This document shows, piece after piece, positions 62,926-64,000 of a stretch of 64,000 nt of DNA (the first letter of the stretch is position 1; every line of letters begins with the position of its first letter). The stretch lies in NCBI GenBank assembly GCA_963794325.1, contig CAWCDG010000003.1:288001-352000 (forward strand), in the 5' to 3' direction. The DNA comes from an uncultured delta proteobacterium. Lineage in GTDB: Bacteria > Desulfobacterota > Binatia > Binatales > Binataceae. The notes under the pieces are model-generated. The model had not been told where the DNA came from, searched no databases, and saw nothing but the letters and a program-made list of their open reading frames with translations. The position numbers and the translations under genes are program-made.

Positions 62926-62946
62926 TTTGCGTCAATCTGACACTTA
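62926..62946 (-). promoter_or_regulatory. Candidate NrtR operator
   Basis: TTTGCGTCAATCTGACACTTA: 21-bp imperfect palindrome with GT-N7-AC core, 27 bp upstream of nadA-nrtR. Confidence 0.75.
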
Positions 62947-63063
62947 CTCGATCCAGTGATCCGACGCAACCCTCTGTTTCTTCCCCTTTCACCAGGTTCG
63001 AAGCCGGCCTGCGGGCAGTTTGACCATATCGGTTCGCCCACAGTACCTTTCGACGAGATCCCT

Positions 63064-64000
63064 GTGCAGACTGAAGGCGCAAGCCGCTCCGTTTCGAGGA
63101 AGATCACTCGCCGTACTCTCATCGGGGCAGCGGCAGGAGCGTGTGCGTACGCCGCGCTATCGCCGCTGGTGGCGACGGCCGGGCGGCTCTCCTTCGTCGC
63201 TCATCTTCCGACCACCGATGCAGCTGGAATTAGCTGGCCGCCGAATCAAGCGTTGCCATCGTTTGCTTCGCCTGTTCAGCTTGACGCCGCCGACATCGCG
63301 TCCCTCACAAGCGACCAACAACTGCTGCTGACCACTCTGCAGGGAATCGTCAATCGCACCCAGCCGCGGATCTACCTGTTTCAGAGCGGCGACGGCACCG
63401 ACCAGACCTGGCTGCAGACCACTAACGTTTCAAACACCGCGATTGCCGATCCGCTCAGCCTGATCGACAAATACGGTGGCGAGACGGCCGGTGCCGTCAT
63501 CTACGATCCCATCCTTCCCGATACTGCCAACGTTGCCACCAGCCTGGCCGGTGTGATGGGCGGCGTGATTGCGACTGCGGATCTGGCGAGCCAGTACAGT
63601 CTGCCCATCCTTGCCGATTTGCGCGGTCAATTCGCGACCAAGCTGGACGCCTACAACTGGCTTATCGACAATTATTGGACCCAGCTCACGCCGCGCCTGC
63701 TGACCGCCATCAGTCCTACAACTCCCAACCTGCGCGATTACATCGTCGCGACGAAATCGCTGGTATTCTGGCTCGATCCGGAAATCCCCGATGAAGCTGC
63801 CCTGTTTACGCAGATACTGCAGAAGGTCGCGCCAAATACGCCTTACATGGGATGGTTCGTGAGAGGACATGAGTCCTCCGGTGTAACGCTATGCTCGCAA
63901 AACGGGGTGGTCGTCGGCGCTGCCGACTTCCTCGATAATGCCACGGTGCTCGGTGGTGTGCCCGCACCAATCAGTCAATCGCAGCCGCAGATCACGACGC
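63064..64000 (+). CDS. Tat-exported GxGYxYP-family putative glycoside hydrolase (runs off the window; absent from ORF track)
   Basis: Frame open from GTG 63064: ITRRTLIG Tat-like signal, then TTLQGIVNRTQPRIYL, NVATSLAG, LRDYIVA, YMGW. Confidence 0.8.
   Translation, partial: MQTEGASRSVSRKITRRTLIGAAAGACAYAALSPLVATAGRLSFVAHLPTTDAAGISWPPNQALPSFASPVQLDAADIASLTSDQQLLLTTLQGIVNRTQPRIYLFQSGDGTDQTWLQTTNVSNTAIADPLSLIDKYGGETAGAVIYDPILPDTANVATSLAGVMGGVIATADLASQYSLPILADLRGQFATKLDAYNWLIDNYWTQLTPRLLTAISPTTPNLRDYIVATKSLVFWLDPEIPDEAALFTQILQKVAPNTPYMGWFVRGHESSGVTLCSQNGVVVGAADFLDNATVLGGVPAPISQSQPQITT

Noticed and set aside
62900-63063. NAD+ (nadA-motif) riboswitch upstream of nadA
   Set aside because: No recognisable aptamer; the leader is short and an NrtR box explains regulation. 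Not tested with a covariance model

Overview
High-GC bacterial chromosomal window. The gene repertoire and (Thr-X)n-linker surface proteins suggest a soil Candidatus Binatota-like organism; this is an inference, not tested. Bases 1-~9000 are accessory genes (NmrA/SDR, aldo-keto reductase, beta-carbonic anhydrase, FUSC-EmrA-EmrB efflux, minimal K+-channel-like protein) ending at a displaced tRNA-Gly 3' fragment, so they look like the right end of an integrated island. The rest is mostly core metabolism: xfp-pgm-(dead ackA), an Ecm-like B12 mutase, fabF-fabH, tkt-tal/pgi-pgl, typA, hisC, pth, tyrS, nadA-nrtR with a candidate NrtR box, and a sigma54 two-component system. It also holds tRNA-Cys, two families of dispersed palindromic repeats and several large secreted proteins. 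The most interesting observations are a DUF3494 ice-binding-type protein on a ~512-residue alternating Thr-X stalk, the same basic-Ig + Thr-X stalk design in a second protein, two small sigma-region-4-like proteins flanking tyrS, an ackA remnant with a large internal deletion, and a PGI half lacking conserved motif residues. No CRISPR array, transposase, integrase, rRNA or recognisable defence system was seen. All family calls are from motif recognition by eye, without database searches.
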